Assembly: GCA_044892505.1 (NCBI GenBank) | Contig: CM097883.1 | Span: 257,300,001-257,364,000 of the forward strand | Reading direction: 5' to 3' | Origin: Schmidtea nova | Lineage: Eukaryota | Length of the DNA stretch: 64,000 nucleotides | Shown here: positions 38,465 to 52,247 of the stretch, piece after piece | Layout: each line of letters opens with the position of its first letter | How positions within the stretch are numbered: the stretch's first letter is position 1 | Made by a program: the position numbers and the translations under genes | Notes under the pieces: model-generated | What the model saw: the letters and a program-made list of their open reading frames with translations, nothing else | Database searches by the model: none | Told to the model about the DNA's origin: nothing

Positions 38465-38894
38465 ATGCAGTCTGTATTCAAACAATCCAGCCCAATGAAG
38501 AAGATCACCAATGATTTTATTGAAAAATCATAGAAATTAAAACCTTTTCAACAAAAAATAAGATTTTGAGGTTAAACCGATTCAGATGTATCACAACTAG
38601 CAAATGTTTTTCCTGGTCAATGAAATTGAGTACAAGTTCTCCAATCCGGTTCAATTGAGAAAGAGACACTATTCAAACTTACTTGGAAATTTAACTAAAG
38701 AAGATTCAGATTCAATCAATAAACTTTTAAAAAGAATCAACAAGAAATTAAGCTGCAGTGAAAACATAATTATCAATAATCGTCAAACCAGATTTTTCGA
38801 CTCATTTGAAGACACTGAGTTCAAATATAATGAAAGTTGGTATATACGTACTACAATTCAAGGATACAGAGTCGATTCCGATTTGGAGAGTTAA
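38465..38894 (+). pseudogene. Decayed intronless cargo gene, unknown product
   Basis: ATG at 38465 after the TATA box; stops and a frameshift before the 96-aa frame 38604-38894; AATAAA follows. Confidence 0.35.
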
Positions 38895-39087
38895 CAATTC
38901 TAGACTTTCATTGGGATTTTAATTTTAATAAATTTATTTGGTATAATCATTTGTTTTATTATTTATTATCTGTGTAAATTTTCGATACGTGTTAAGTTTA
39001 TTATTATTTTATACCTGTGTGAAGTTTAATATAAGTTACAAATTTTAAATTACATATATTAATTATGTTCTTAAATTATAGTTTAAG

Positions 39088-39092
<5 letters not shown>

Positions 39093-39152
<60 letters not shown>
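39093..39152. repeat. (TA)n microsatellite, about 30 units
   Basis: Direct reading. Confidence 0.95.
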
Positions 39153-39160
<8 letters not shown>

Positions 39161-39652
39161 TTAAAGTATATATTTTGTTTTAAAAAATTTCATTTTAATT
39201 GTTTTTATAATAGAAAATTTGAACTTAGACATTTTGTGGAAAATCTTTAGTTAGTTTTATTTTATTATTCTAATTATTGATTCGCTCTTAGATAATATTC
39301 AAAAGAGGAATGATAATTAAAAATGATATTGAAGTAAATTTTATTTATAATTTTGATTTAAATATTTTGTAAAATTTAATGTGTATTTATATAATATCAA
39401 TATTTAAATAACTTATTTTTAGATTTATATTAGAAAAAATTGCCATATAATACATATTAATTGAATATTTAGAAATTGATTTGTAATTTTCACAAAAGAA
39501 AACATATAATTATAACAGGTTTGATATTTATTATTAATTTTAACTTTTATTTTAAAAACTTTAATGTCAACAAAAACAATAACATAAACTAAAAAGTAAG
39601 GTAATAAATATAACATTATTCACAAGATGAAATATTATTTGTTCGATTCAAA

Positions 39653-40240
39653 TCACAATAACGTAATGTCTATCACTTCTGAGGACTCTTTGCGTATTTG
39701 CCCCAGCAATCGCGCTTCCTGACGACGTCTTCGTCGAGCCCTCACTCCTTTGTTGGGTTTCTGCCGCATCAATTTCACCGGAACAGGAGGCGTCAGGATC
39801 TCTTCTTCGACCCTCACTGGAAACAATTCTTGGGGTGGTAACGATGATTTCGGCAAGATGGCAGTGATAATGCCGCTATCCACCCTCAATTTTTTGATCA
39901 AGAGCTCCTGCTCTCGCATCGTGACACGGCATGCGCGCAATCTCATTGCGTCTTCCGCAGCCTGTTGCAAAAGCATCTGGTTCTGCTTCTTCAGTTTGTC
40001 GACGGTCTCCTTGTCGGACCAGGTTGACTGCATATCCCTGCACCGTGCTCGAAATTTCTCCATCCGGGAGGTCATAATTTGCAAAGCGTCGGAATTCGAT
40101 GTTTCGCCTTTTCCAGCTCGGCGAAGCACTGATCTACCCGGCGATTATGTCGGGCATTTTCCAAAATCAACCGGTGCATCTCCTCAAATTTTTCTTCGAG
40201 ATTCATTTCTGAAATCTAAAATCATACATTCAAAACACAT
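39653..40240 (-). pseudogene. GC-rich cargo gene, predicted coiled coil with basic Arg-rich C-terminus; one frameshift or internal ATG start
   Basis: ATG at 40240 gives MCFECMILDFRNESRRKF...; a shift near 40075 joins MTSRMEKFRARC...VRARRRRRQEARLL. Confidence 0.45.
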
Positions 40241-43200
40241 TTAAGCCATCATTTAGCATCATAATTTAATTATAGATATTCATTTTAAAATCAGTAAGAT
40301 GAAATAATTTTGCCGATAGAAATTTATTGATTATTTTCACAACCATCTATTATACACAGTAATGTCTCGTAACACAGAAGTTTTTGTGCATTCATCTTTA
40401 TTTGTAAGCTTATATTCAAGCATGCCATCGCCAACTCAATTCGAGGATCGAAAAATCCTTGATCATCACACATATTCGGGATATTTGATTTTTTGACGAT
40501 TTTAACCAAAATTTATTATTTTCGAGACTTTTAAATTTATATATTTTTGTCTCAGTAAATTTAACTAAAATTTCTCTTATCCCCTATACCTAATGTCTAT
40601 CTTGCTTTATAAGTTTAATTATATTTTTATTAAAATTTGATAATTTTAACATTTGAATTCTCGCCGAGGCCTTAACGACGGCAACGACGAATTTCTCAAA
40701 GAAATTAGAACGGTTTTAAAAATTTTATTATGCTATTTCCGACTTTCATTTGGATATCTAAATTTTAGATTAATTTTCATATTATAAAAGCCAAGTTCCA
40801 GGTGCCTTTTTCTCGTCCCTATCGGTGGAAAACACATAAAAGAAAATCTATATGGGTGCTTTGCAAAAATTCCAGGATTTTATTTGGAGAGCTATATTAT
40901 GTAATTTTTTATTTCCATATTACAAATATTGATTTTAGGGAATCTAATTTTAGAAGGAGATTTCCCTCGACTTTGGTTTTTTCAAGTTAGTAAGTTAATT
41001 CCGAATTTTATGTTTTCAATTAACATTTTTTCCTTCTAGTGGTTCAGATTTCCAAAGGAGGGTCAAACATCAATTCAATCGCCGCTCCAATCTCTACAAC
41101 ATCAATTTTCCACTGAATGCAATAGTGAAATTCGAATTGAGTAACTTTGGCATTTCGTGATTTAATGAGATAACTCCTACCGTTTTAGGGCTCAAATGGT
41201 TACAATATTTCGCAAAGAAATTCTCTGGATTTTACTCATGGATTTGTTTTGAAAATTCCTTCATGGCACCATGTTAGATTTATTTTTTCTTTCCTCTTCT
41301 ATCAGACCTTTTATATGATTAATCGGTAATTTATTAGAAATTTATTCGATTTAATGTGGATTTTCGATACCGTAAATTTTTATAAGAGATTCCTATGATT
41401 TTGTTAATAAAAATTTTAATTTTGTTTAATGGATTTTTTTTAATTTCGTTTTATAAACAGGATAATTGTTAATAATCTAACTTTTTTGGGATGTGCCAGG
41501 TAACATACTCCAAGCAGAAATTAATCTGAAAATATAGGAGTGGGATAATTTTATTAGTAGAATTAATTAATGGACATAAATATATGTTGCCTGAAATTTT
41601 GGGTTTTTCGAGATGTATTCTGGGGTTTTTGGAATGTCTGGGGTTTCTAATTGTTTGTTGTTAAGTTAGAGATTACAGCTATAGAGTTGAGTAGTGCCAT
41701 GAATGTATATTATTTGGTGTCATGTATTGGTGAGTGGAACGACGTAGTGTCAGGAGATGTTATAACCGTAAATCAATGAGTATACACATTTCCCTAGCGA
41801 AATAGCAAATTTTAAAGTACCAATCTGAGTGCAAATGATGTATTTTGAATTAGATTGTAGTATAGTAGTTTATGATTTAGGATGGTTGATGAGATGAGGT
41901 GTAACAATTTCGAGTTATACATTCCTGAGCTTTTATGGGTTCGACAAAACTATCATTGTGGCCATCGCAAATGGGCGTGTATGCATATACTGTCTTGAGT
42001 TTGAAATGAACGCCATTTTGTTATAATTTTATGTGATTGCGTGTGTTTGTATGTTGAGAATGGTGCTGCTGTAATAGGCGATAAACAATGGATGTGATTG
42101 TATGAATATTTGTGGGGATTGTCTGGATGTATGACGCTAGTGAATACTGTGAGATGAAATCACGTTGTATGTAGGTGAGTGGATGTATTGTTTATTGTAT
42201 TATTTAGCATAGAAGATCCTATTGATTGATATGTGGTAGTGTGGGTGTTGTATTTGGGTGGGTGTTGCATGTGGTATTAGTATGGATGGTGTTATTGAAT
42301 GGTATGGGTGTTATGACTTGCAATTATGGTTGTAGGTGATATTAGGGAGCATTTTATAAAATAATACACAAAACATATAAAATATTTTCAAAATTAAAAT
42401 AATAACAATAATTTTATAATAATTTTTACAAATTTTAAATTTATAATTCTTTTTAAGAGTTAGATAATAATTTCTAATTTTATAATATAAATTTTTGGAT
42501 TCAACTTTTTATATTTTAAGAATATATATATATATATATATATTAATTGTAAAATTTTTTTTTTGAAATCTTGAATTGGGAATTTTCTAAAATGAAAAAT
42601 TTTAATATAACAATACTAATTTTGATTTAAAATCCTGATGCGTTCAATATAATTTGATTCAAAAATTTCTAAGAAAAATTCTATATTTATAATTTTTTCA
42701 TTATAAATTTTTCGTAATATGGTATTTCCAAAAGTAAATTTTATTTTTATGATCAACTACGAAATCTACATAATAAAAAATCTTTATCCAAAAATTTCGT
42801 AATCCAAATAAGAATTCAATCTAAAAAAAATCCTATATACTAAATAAAAATAAAATAAATTATAAATTTTTTGAAAGAATAGTTTTCGACCTCAAGTAAG
42901 GTGAATTTCGGTTTCTTTCGAGCATGAATTTCCCAACCAAAGTGCGCGCGAATTTTTCGAGACACTTCACTTGGGAACTTCAGGCTCCCGAAAACAAGGT
43001 TCACTGGAGAAAAATTGTTTAGATAATTAATGAGGTTTAATTCAAATCGATCAATACTTGTCTCCATAATTCGTTTCGCTTCGTGATCATTTTATCAGCT
43101 TTGAGCATTATTTCGAACGATTCTCTTTTCAATATTAGTTTTTATTCTACTTGTGTTTTCGGATAAGATGACAATTGTTGTGAGAGTGAAGGCGAACGGC

Positions 43201-46200
43201 GAGTAAATTAATCTTGCACAGATAAATTATATAATGGGAAAGATATTGATGGATGAATTGACATTTGCGTTTTTAAGTGCACATTATGTTAAAAAATATA
43301 ATTCAAATAAAAATACACTACTATAAATTACAGATCATTAATATAACACCTTGCCCTTGGCCAAGCCACTGTTCCCCAGTTGGGATGAAGTGATCATGGA
43401 TGTTTGGGCGTATCACCTGAAGTCGGAAATATGGGCTGATCGATTACGAATCGAACCAGCGATCCACTCAGGCTACTTCCACCCGCTCGGCACAAGGCCA
43501 GAAACAGGTTTCAGGGGGTATGGAAAAAAAAGAATTATTATTTTTATCTTCATGCAATAAATATTATTTAAAATAAATTTTGGTTCAATCTGACAATCAA
43601 TGACATTTTGAAATGGTTAAATTCAAATAAAAAAAAATAACATTCATTTAATATTTTGTTTAATAAATAAAACTGATGATAATAATATAAAAATAATAAC
43701 AATAATATAAGATTAACAATAATCAAAATAAAATAATACCGGGTACGGGGTAATTGAAGGAACATGATGTTCAATGACCCCGCACCGAACAAGAAAATGA
43801 TACTTACATTATACAAATTCTTCCGGAAAATTCAAATTCTCAATAAAATTCTCTATGAAAATTCTCTATATAAATTCTGATTCTTGCCATTTTGATGGCG
43901 GTATATATACCATCGATTGTGTGTTACCTTCACTAATGCAGTAAAACAAATTGTTCTAAAACGTTCTTTTTAATTTTTCTAAATTAATTCTAATAATTTT
44001 CCTCCGAATTAAATCAATATTTTTACGTAATAATTTTTATAAACCATAAATAATTTATTTTTAATCCAAAATTATTATTTTTGAATCAAAATTTATTCAA
44101 TTTGATTTAATTTGCTATATTTCGATCAAGATTAGTTCTTTTTATAGTTAATGTGAAATTTTATGATGAAATCACAATTTTCTTCTAAAATTTTGTTAAT
44201 TTTTCTGCACTGAAGTTTTATGACTTAATTCTGTTCTTTATGGGCATTTTCAATGGGTTTTCCGCCTATTCTAACTTTCAAACGTTCTTCTCTTGACGAG
44301 TTTTAATTTTTCTCGAGGTTTTAGTGTAAGGACTTGCAAATTCACAGCAAGCGCGTTCTCTACTGGTTGATGTGCTTGAGTCCACTTCACCTTTTTGACG
44401 TTTTTCACTTAATCGCTTCGATTTCTAATGGGTGTTTGGGTTAAAATTGAATCTTGCGCGCTCTCTACTTATGGGGTTACTGCTTTATTAAAACAATTTG
44501 CAGTTTTTGCCCAACAATAGTAAAGAAAATATTAATAAAAATTTTAAAACTTTTGTAAATTGTGCCAAAAAAATTAAATATTTACTTTATTGAAACGAAA
44601 ATTCAAAACGGCGGAAAAATTGCGCCAAAAAATTAAAATGATAACAAAAAAATTAACTTGACCTTTGGCCTCAATCACTCAATAACTTTGACGTTGATTG
44701 TGTAATCACGATGACCCTAGTCTGTGTGCTGCGCTAAAGACCGGTAAATGTTATGTAATAATCATGCGTGCTATGTGAAACCCCATTGACATGTTATGCT
44801 TACGCAATAATATATGACATGTAAAGTCCGAGCGATTTCACAATATACACGCAGGGGGTATTGGCACAGTAAGCTCATTTCATCCTAATGTTGTAATTTA
44901 TATATTTATTTTAAAATTCTTTAAATTTGTTCTTATAAAAAAAAAGTAATTTATTAATTAAATGTTCCAAATTTTACGCACTTGCTGTTAATCGCTGTAA
45001 TTAATTGTTTTCATGCTAAATTTGTGTTTTTTCGTGTTTCCTTTCCCAATTAGGTTTATATTTAATTTTAGACGTGTTTTAATTTCATGGTTTTTTTTAT
45101 TAATTTTTTTATTAAACAAAACTAAACTGAACTCAGTTTTCTACGAACAATAGTTTAAAAGCAGTTAAATTTATGTAAAATATAAAATTTATTAAAGTAA
45201 AGAATAAATTTTTTTGTAAACTTATAAACTTATTCTAGTAAAATAAAATATTTCGTTTTTAAATTAAATTAAATTAAACAGATAAAGCATTCTAGAAACA
45301 TTTGTTTTACTGCATTAATTAAATTAAATGCTGTGAAAATGGTATAAATAGAGATGCAATTTTCATAAAAAATAACTCTTGAGAAATTTTCGTGAAGAAT
45401 TATGATTCTTTCCAGAATTTTTGACAGTACTTTCAACAAAAGATCAACACCTCTCACCAGCTAAGGAGAAAAATTAGGAGAGACTTCCTAAAATATAGTA
45501 AAGAAAAATGTTGTAAATAAGACACCTTGAAGCTTGAATTTATAAAAATTATTTATTAAAATCACAGGAAATTAAAGCACGACACTTTCTCCTAACACTT
45601 TTTCTTAAGACCTGTCCGTTGGACTTGAACGCCAATCGGTTATAACTTGTATTTTGTGTTTATTTGGAAAATGATGTTACACAACCGATGAAAAACGTAC
45701 GAAGTATTTCTAAATCTTTTTATCTTCTTTATGCTTTCACTGCCTTTTTATTTTTATTCAACTCCCATCCCCCTAAACACAAGCGAGGCTACTATATCCC
45801 CCAAGAGGCAATATCTTCCACTTTGGGAATCACTTGTTTAAACCGCCATTTACTCAAATACGATAGAAGAAATTGGAAATTGCATTTTTGAAACATTTGT
45901 AAATGTAAAATTATGAAAAATAAATCTACAGACTATTTGTCAGTAGTTATAACTGGATAAATATTAAACTATATTTATGCCAATTATTATTATTTGAAAA
46001 ATTTACCTTTTCCGTATTATTCTATTTGAATACTTAATAATTATTTTTAAAGTTAACTTTTCTTTTTTTCAATTAATTGGCGACTCTGAAAGAGTAGTAA
46101 TTAACTGAAATATAATTGTAATAGATGAAATTATTTTCATAAATTTTTTTTAGACAATAGTCTAGTAAATGCTAAGTAAGTGCTTCCGCTTCGTGACTAA

Positions 46201-49200
46201 ATTCATCATGCTATTTGAACTTTGCTTCGCTTTTTTTAACATTTGTTACCTAAAAGACTTATCTTAAGATTTTAATTTTTCGAGTGTTTTTGGCACCCGT
46301 TTGCCTTACTATTCTTACAAAGCGTAAAGCTATACCCCACGAAAGGTTGAACATTTTTAAAACTAAACAATTTATTCAAAAGCAAAATAATTTGAATTGA
46401 AATGCTTCTTCTGAAATGTATAAATTAGTCTAGAATACGATATTTCCATTTTGATTGTGCCATAAAGAATAATCCAAAAATATATTTTGGTAAATATATA
46501 TTTAAAAATAAATATATTTTGTTGCTTGCAAATTATAAATGCAACTTTTCAGACTTTTTAAAATTAAATTACAATTGAATGTCAAAATTATTATCAGTAA
46601 ATTATAATAACTATTTAAGTAAATTTATATTAAAATTAAAAATTATTTTCAAGTTAAAAAAATTATTTATGACCAATGATTACTTTTATGTTAAAATTAC
46701 AAATGCTTTGGTGTTTTTAAATATTGAATCAAATTTTGTATTAATTAATGAACTTTTAATGGAAGAGAAATTAAATTGAATTCATTTTAACAATTGATAT
46801 TATTACTACTGTAGTATTTAACATGCAATATGTTTTTCAAGAACTTTTTTTGATAAAGTTTTCTATAGTTCATTAAAACAAATCTGATATTTGTTATAAT
46901 TATTTAATTGTTCATCACTTGTAAAGTTACTCAAAAATAAAATCTGAAAAAGTAAAGTCATTGCGCTAATGAAATTGTTGAGGTTACACAAAAATGTAAA
47001 AATAAAAATGTAAAATTTAAATTAATATGCAAAACATACATAACTTGAAAATGAAATTGAAACAGAAACTAGTTAAAAAATAATTAAAATTGAAAGTTAA
47101 TATTTTTCGGGAAAAAAGGTATGAATGAGTAGCAAATGAAAAGTTAAACATGAATATAATAATTAAAATTTGATGAGATCCTTAATAATAGGTATTCCAA
47201 CAATAAAACTTAATAAAATATCAATTTAATTATGAAAAAAAATCAACGATAATTCCTTAAAGGAAATTGGATTGCCGATTACAACAGCATAGTTGCAGTA
47301 TACCAAATGAAAGATAATAAGAATATCTTTAACCAAACTTGTTTAATAATTACAGTTCTCGGGAACCACTGTGGGTAAACAATAAAACTATATATAGTCA
47401 GGGTTTAGTCCATAATTAGATAGGGTGTAAAACACCATAAAAGGAGTGACCAAACACTGCAAGCGCAAAAAGAAAAATTGAAATTGAAAAAAATTGGAAT
47501 TTGAGAGAACAAACAGAATTCAAAGTCAAAGAGAGAAAAAAGAAAAGAAAAAGAAAAGAAGGGTAATTGTTCTTTTCTAAAGAATCATCGAGTAGTTCAC
47601 CTTTAGTAAACTCATCCATATTCATTAACTATCATTAACGATTGATTGTGATTTGTGCTATCGACAAAATAAACATTACCATTTATTGGGTTTAATTATG
47701 TAATCAAAAGGGCACGCAGAGTCAGCCAATTAAATCCTACCTTTGACAACTTAAAATAAATCTAACAAAACTCTCAAGAAATCATCTATTTACAAGCTAA
47801 CAATTATTGAGATAAACAATTTGGATATGCAGAAGTCTTAAAGTCAAGCTTGACTTAAAAATGCAACAAAGTGGAAGAAGTTCTTTGAAGTCCTTTCAAT
47901 TAACAAGAAGAATAAATTCATGACAGTGATCAAAATTCATATAATCACTGCGTCTAATTCATGTGAAATGATTGACATTAATATAACTGATCCATATTTA
48001 GTAACAAAACAATCAAAACATGTTTCTGGAAAAGTTTTTTTTAATTTTGAAATGCGCACTGCTTTTTACAATGCGCTCAGAAACTTTGAGAAATTTTTAA
48101 TAAAATCATAAAACAGTTCAGTGAGTCAATTTTGAATACATTAAAAAATTCGCTCCGAAATTGAAGCAAAGTTCTAGCAACCAAATGTATGGTCTATGAA
48201 ATTATGTGAAAAGAATTTCGGCTGATAATATCAGATTAATCGAGAGAGCATTCAAGTTAATGAAGGAATTGTTATAAATGACAATCTAGGTCGGAAATTG
48301 GGATGATTAAAATTAATGATTGATTAATAATATGACACCTTAAATATACCAGATACACAATTTGGAGTCTTATTTGGAGGAAAAACAATTTTTATTGCAA
48401 GTTGTCTTTAAAATGCATTCCGAAATTATCTGAAACATTAATATAAACCACATGTAAATTTGTGATGTAAAAAAATTACTCGTTCTTTTTTTATCAAGAC
48501 TAGATCAACTTTTGTTTAAAGATTTTTTTTCAAAAAACAAATTTATCAATAGCAGGGGTGTCAACTAATTTTTACATAAGATCTACTTTTGTCAATAAAT
48601 ATTGTCCACGATCTACTATTTTACAATTTAGCGTAAGAGAAGCAATTGACATTATTGACACTTATGATCGGTATTATGTATAAAAATAAAAATTTCTAAA
48701 ATAGAAACGAAAAGATTAATGGTGAAAATAAGAGACTAAAATGAGTAATACACGAAATAATAATGGGAGACATGTAAAAGATTTCTTTAGATCAGATTTG
48801 ACCAACCCACGGCTCATGAAAGAGTGTATAAATATTTTTAAAATATACTAAAAATTAAAAGAAATAGTTAAAACAAGATAAATATATAACTGAACATCAT
48901 TTTCAGTGTAAACGAAAATGTTATTTTATTTCCCCTTCATTTAACACTTCCAAAATCAATATCAGTACACCTTAATAAACTCTGGATATATTGATTTTTC
49001 AAATATTAACAGATGATATATGTTCATATAAATTTAAAAAAATTTGTAATGTTGTATAATAAAGAAATGAATTAAATTTTATTTTAAAAGATGTTTTGTG
49101 GATTTTTTGCGGCACATGAAATTTTAGACCTTTAATAATAAAAGATATGTAAGACCAATTACAATATTGCGAACTTTTGATAAACGGTCTTAAAAATAAT

Positions 49201-49597
49201 GAATAGAAAATACAATTAATTAAAAAATTGTATTGATATTGAAATTCGGAAATATGAGTTACAAAATTAGTCAAAACTACGATAAAATGTAAATTGGAAC
49301 AAAGTGAAATTGTTCTACCGCAAATTTGAAATCGAATAGAATTTTTATATAACATGTGTATGATGACATTAAGCTGAAATTATTTTTTAACTAACTGTAA
49401 TTTTTATTAAAAAAATAAAAAAAACATTTTTTGAAAACTTCGATTTTTAGATTATATTTTATTAAAAATTGAGTGTCCGATTGTAGAAAAACAATTATTT
49501 TGATATAAGTCGAATAGACATAACGTATATTCAGCATTAACATCGATGGCATCTTTGACAGCCTAGTCCGTTGATTCTTATTGTCTGTGCTGGAATT

Positions 49598-50077
49598 CTA
49601 TATTGTTTGTACATTACACATATTGTGTTTTGGATTCGATGGTTTTTGGTTGAATTCTTTATTGGTTTCACACTGACTTATATTGCAGCCACTGAAAATT
49701 GAAGACTCATTAGGAATGTTTAAGAACGAGAAATGTTGAGGATTGTTTTGAAATTGGTTGAATAAATGAGAATTTGCTATTCCAATCGGAGTACATAATT
49801 GAGATGAAGACGAAAGAATTGTCGTATTCAATGACTGATAATTGTTATTGACACGATCAGATAGTTTGTAAGTATTCGATTCAGATAGCTTCTTTTCACT
49901 CGGTATTTCTACAGATCTCGGATTCGTCACGACGTTTGGATTTGAAAGTATTTCATTTGACTTCTTTTTTGATTTTAAATTAAAAATAGTTAGTTCTTGT
50001 TGGACTATGTTTGATTTATTTGAAAAAAGTATTTCAGAAAACTTAAATATTAAAACAACGCCATTTAAATCTTCCAT
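49598..50077 (-). CDS. Possible host exon or ORF, low-complexity S/N-rich, unknown
   Basis: 159 codons open from an ATG in very AT-rich DNA; no domain recognised. Confidence 0.3.
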   Translation of the reverse strand: MEDLNGVVLIFKFSEILFSNKSNIVQQELTIFNLKSKKKSNEILSNPNVVTNPRSVEIPSEKKLSESNTYKLSDRVNNNYQSLNTTILSSSSQLCTPIGIANSHLFNQFQNNPQHFSFLNIPNESSIFSGCNISQCETNKEFNQKPSNPKHNMCNVQTI

Positions 50078-51469
50078 TCAATAATTATTTAATAAATTAA
50101 TTAATTAAAAGAGAAATTTATAACCTAAGGCACTACACTGATCATCAGACGATCTTCAATTTTGAAAGAATTTTTGTGGCAAAATATCTCGTCTTAAATT
50201 TGGATCAATGTGGTATATTTTTAAATTATAAAAAGCTTGTTGTAAGCCTGTGAAATGAAAAGAAAAACAATTATAAAATAAAACCTATTAAAACCTATTT
50301 ATTTTTTATTTATCACTATAAAAGTTTCTTCTATTTATTCAAATCACGTGGAAATTACTCCATCAAAAATATTAAAATTAGACAAAATAGGAAATCACTT
50401 TGAAACAATAAGATAAAAGATGAGGTAAAAACATATAAAACAAAAATTAAATAGAATAAAGAATAACCGTGACATTGAAAATGTTATTTGCTTTTATCAT
50501 GAGGTATGTCAATTTCATAAATTTTTATTTTAAATTTGTAATTTACAATTTGATACAACTTGAAAAGAAAATGTTATTTGAAATATTCAACTGCTAGAAC
50601 TTTTTTAATTGAGAAATAAATATTTTTTATTTAAATCGAATCTTTTAAAATATTCTTTAAAACTATATTACAATTATTAATTTTCTTCATATTTGAACAT
50701 TTTTAAATTTTTTTTATATTCATTTTTAATGCAATATGGGAGATATAGTATAAATTTCATCAAAGAAATTTGTTGGGTTTTTGCTGTCAAATTTGTTTTA
50801 GAATTTTATAACATCCTTGTGACACAAACTTAAATGAAAAAAACCCTTGTTTACTGTTATATACATCTAAAATTTGACTTTATTCTTCATTTTATCGACG
50901 ACAGTTAAATAGAACAAGAATTAGTATCCAGATTTAAAAAGTATTTAAAATCCGTAATAAAATAAAATAATAAAGTTATAAAACAACAATAAATTAAAAT
51001 AAAATAATAAAATCATTAAATGACTTGATTGTAAATGTCATATTTAAAAATATTTAAAAAATAAGAATATAAAATATTTATCGAATGCTTTTTTATGAAT
51101 TTTCCCTATTGAATAGTTAACTTTTGCATGCTAAAATATCCTTAAACATATTAAAAAGAATTTTAAAAGAAATTGAAATTGATTAGAGTTGTTTAAATAA
51201 TAATAAGTTCGTGTTGTGTTTAAAAATAAAGTTTTACAATTTATTAATGATGTTCTTGATTTAAAAAATCAGAAAAATAATAATAATAATAATACATCAA
51301 TTAAAGTAAAATAAATGTATTTAAAAATGCATAAAAATAGTTAATGATAGTTAATGGCAAATTCGTTGAATTATTTTAGTAACCATCGTAACAGATTCAA
51401 TTTTATGCTTATTTAACAGATTCATTTTTATTATTTTACTATGATTTTTTTTAATATTATTATTGATTT

Positions 51470-51780
51470 GATATGGGTGTATTGCACATTTATTTCATTT
51501 GGATTACACTTTTATTATTTTATTAATATTATTATATGAAATTTATAAGGTGTATGTTTTTGTTAGTATTGCACTTGTATTCCACTCAGATTGTACTTAT
51601 ATTGCCTTTTTGTTATTTTATTAATATTATTATATAAAATTAATGTGGTATTAATGTCTTTGTTAGTATAACACTTGTATAGCATTTTTGTTACTTTATT
51701 TTAATTTTTTTGTTATTATTTGAAATTGATGTGGTGTGTGTCTTTGTTATTATTACACATATGTTGCACGTAAAACTAAA
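51470..51780 (+). repeat. Degenerate AT-rich minisatellite (GTATTGCAC-containing units); related array at ~55770-56070
   Basis: Recurrent GTATTGCAC(A/T)TG...TTTTGTTATTT...ATTATT...TGTTAGT units at both loci. Confidence 0.7.
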
Positions 51781-52247
51781 TGATACTCAGAGAATGACCA
51801 TATTTTACTTTGGTGATGTTTAGAAAATTGTAATATTTTCCAAGTAATACTCATAAAATGACCATTAATTTACCAATCTTTCAACTAACCCAAATCAAAT
51901 ATTTGGGTTTCGATGATACTAATATAAATTTACTCATCAAATTTTATAGCAGAGCTGTTGTTACTTGAATTTATTTTGTGATTGTATTTTGGTTTAAAAG
52001 CTTATTTATCGAACATATTATTATAGTATTACCACGTGATTTTAAATATAAATTAGTCATGATATTAATAATATTGTGTTTTCCACTTTACATGAAAATG
52101 ATCATGACTAATACCAAAATAACTAGTTAGTCACATAAAAATAACCATCTTTTTTAATGACATACGAAAATTGGTAACCTTTTTAATACTGCATATGAAA
52201 CCTTAAAATCTAAATGTTTTCAAATAAATATACTGCCTGATTTTACC

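Larger units (their letters stand above)
35768..44889. mobile_element. Maverick/Polinton-type TIR element (9.1 kb), apparently non-autonomous, with orphan cargo
   Basis: Exact 6-bp TSD GTTGTA (35762-35767 and 44890-44895); ~370-bp diverged TIRs (35768-~36140 and ~44530-44889); AGTAGG start. No pPolB, integrase, ATPase or capsid recognised. Confidence 0.7.

Noticed and set aside
48553-48566. hAT-like terminus CAGGGGTGTCAA
   Set aside because: No partner TIR or TSD found.
47100-49400. Protein-like stop-interrupted frames, possibly an old membrane-protein pseudogene
   Set aside because: No identifiable motif; cannot be supported without a homology search.
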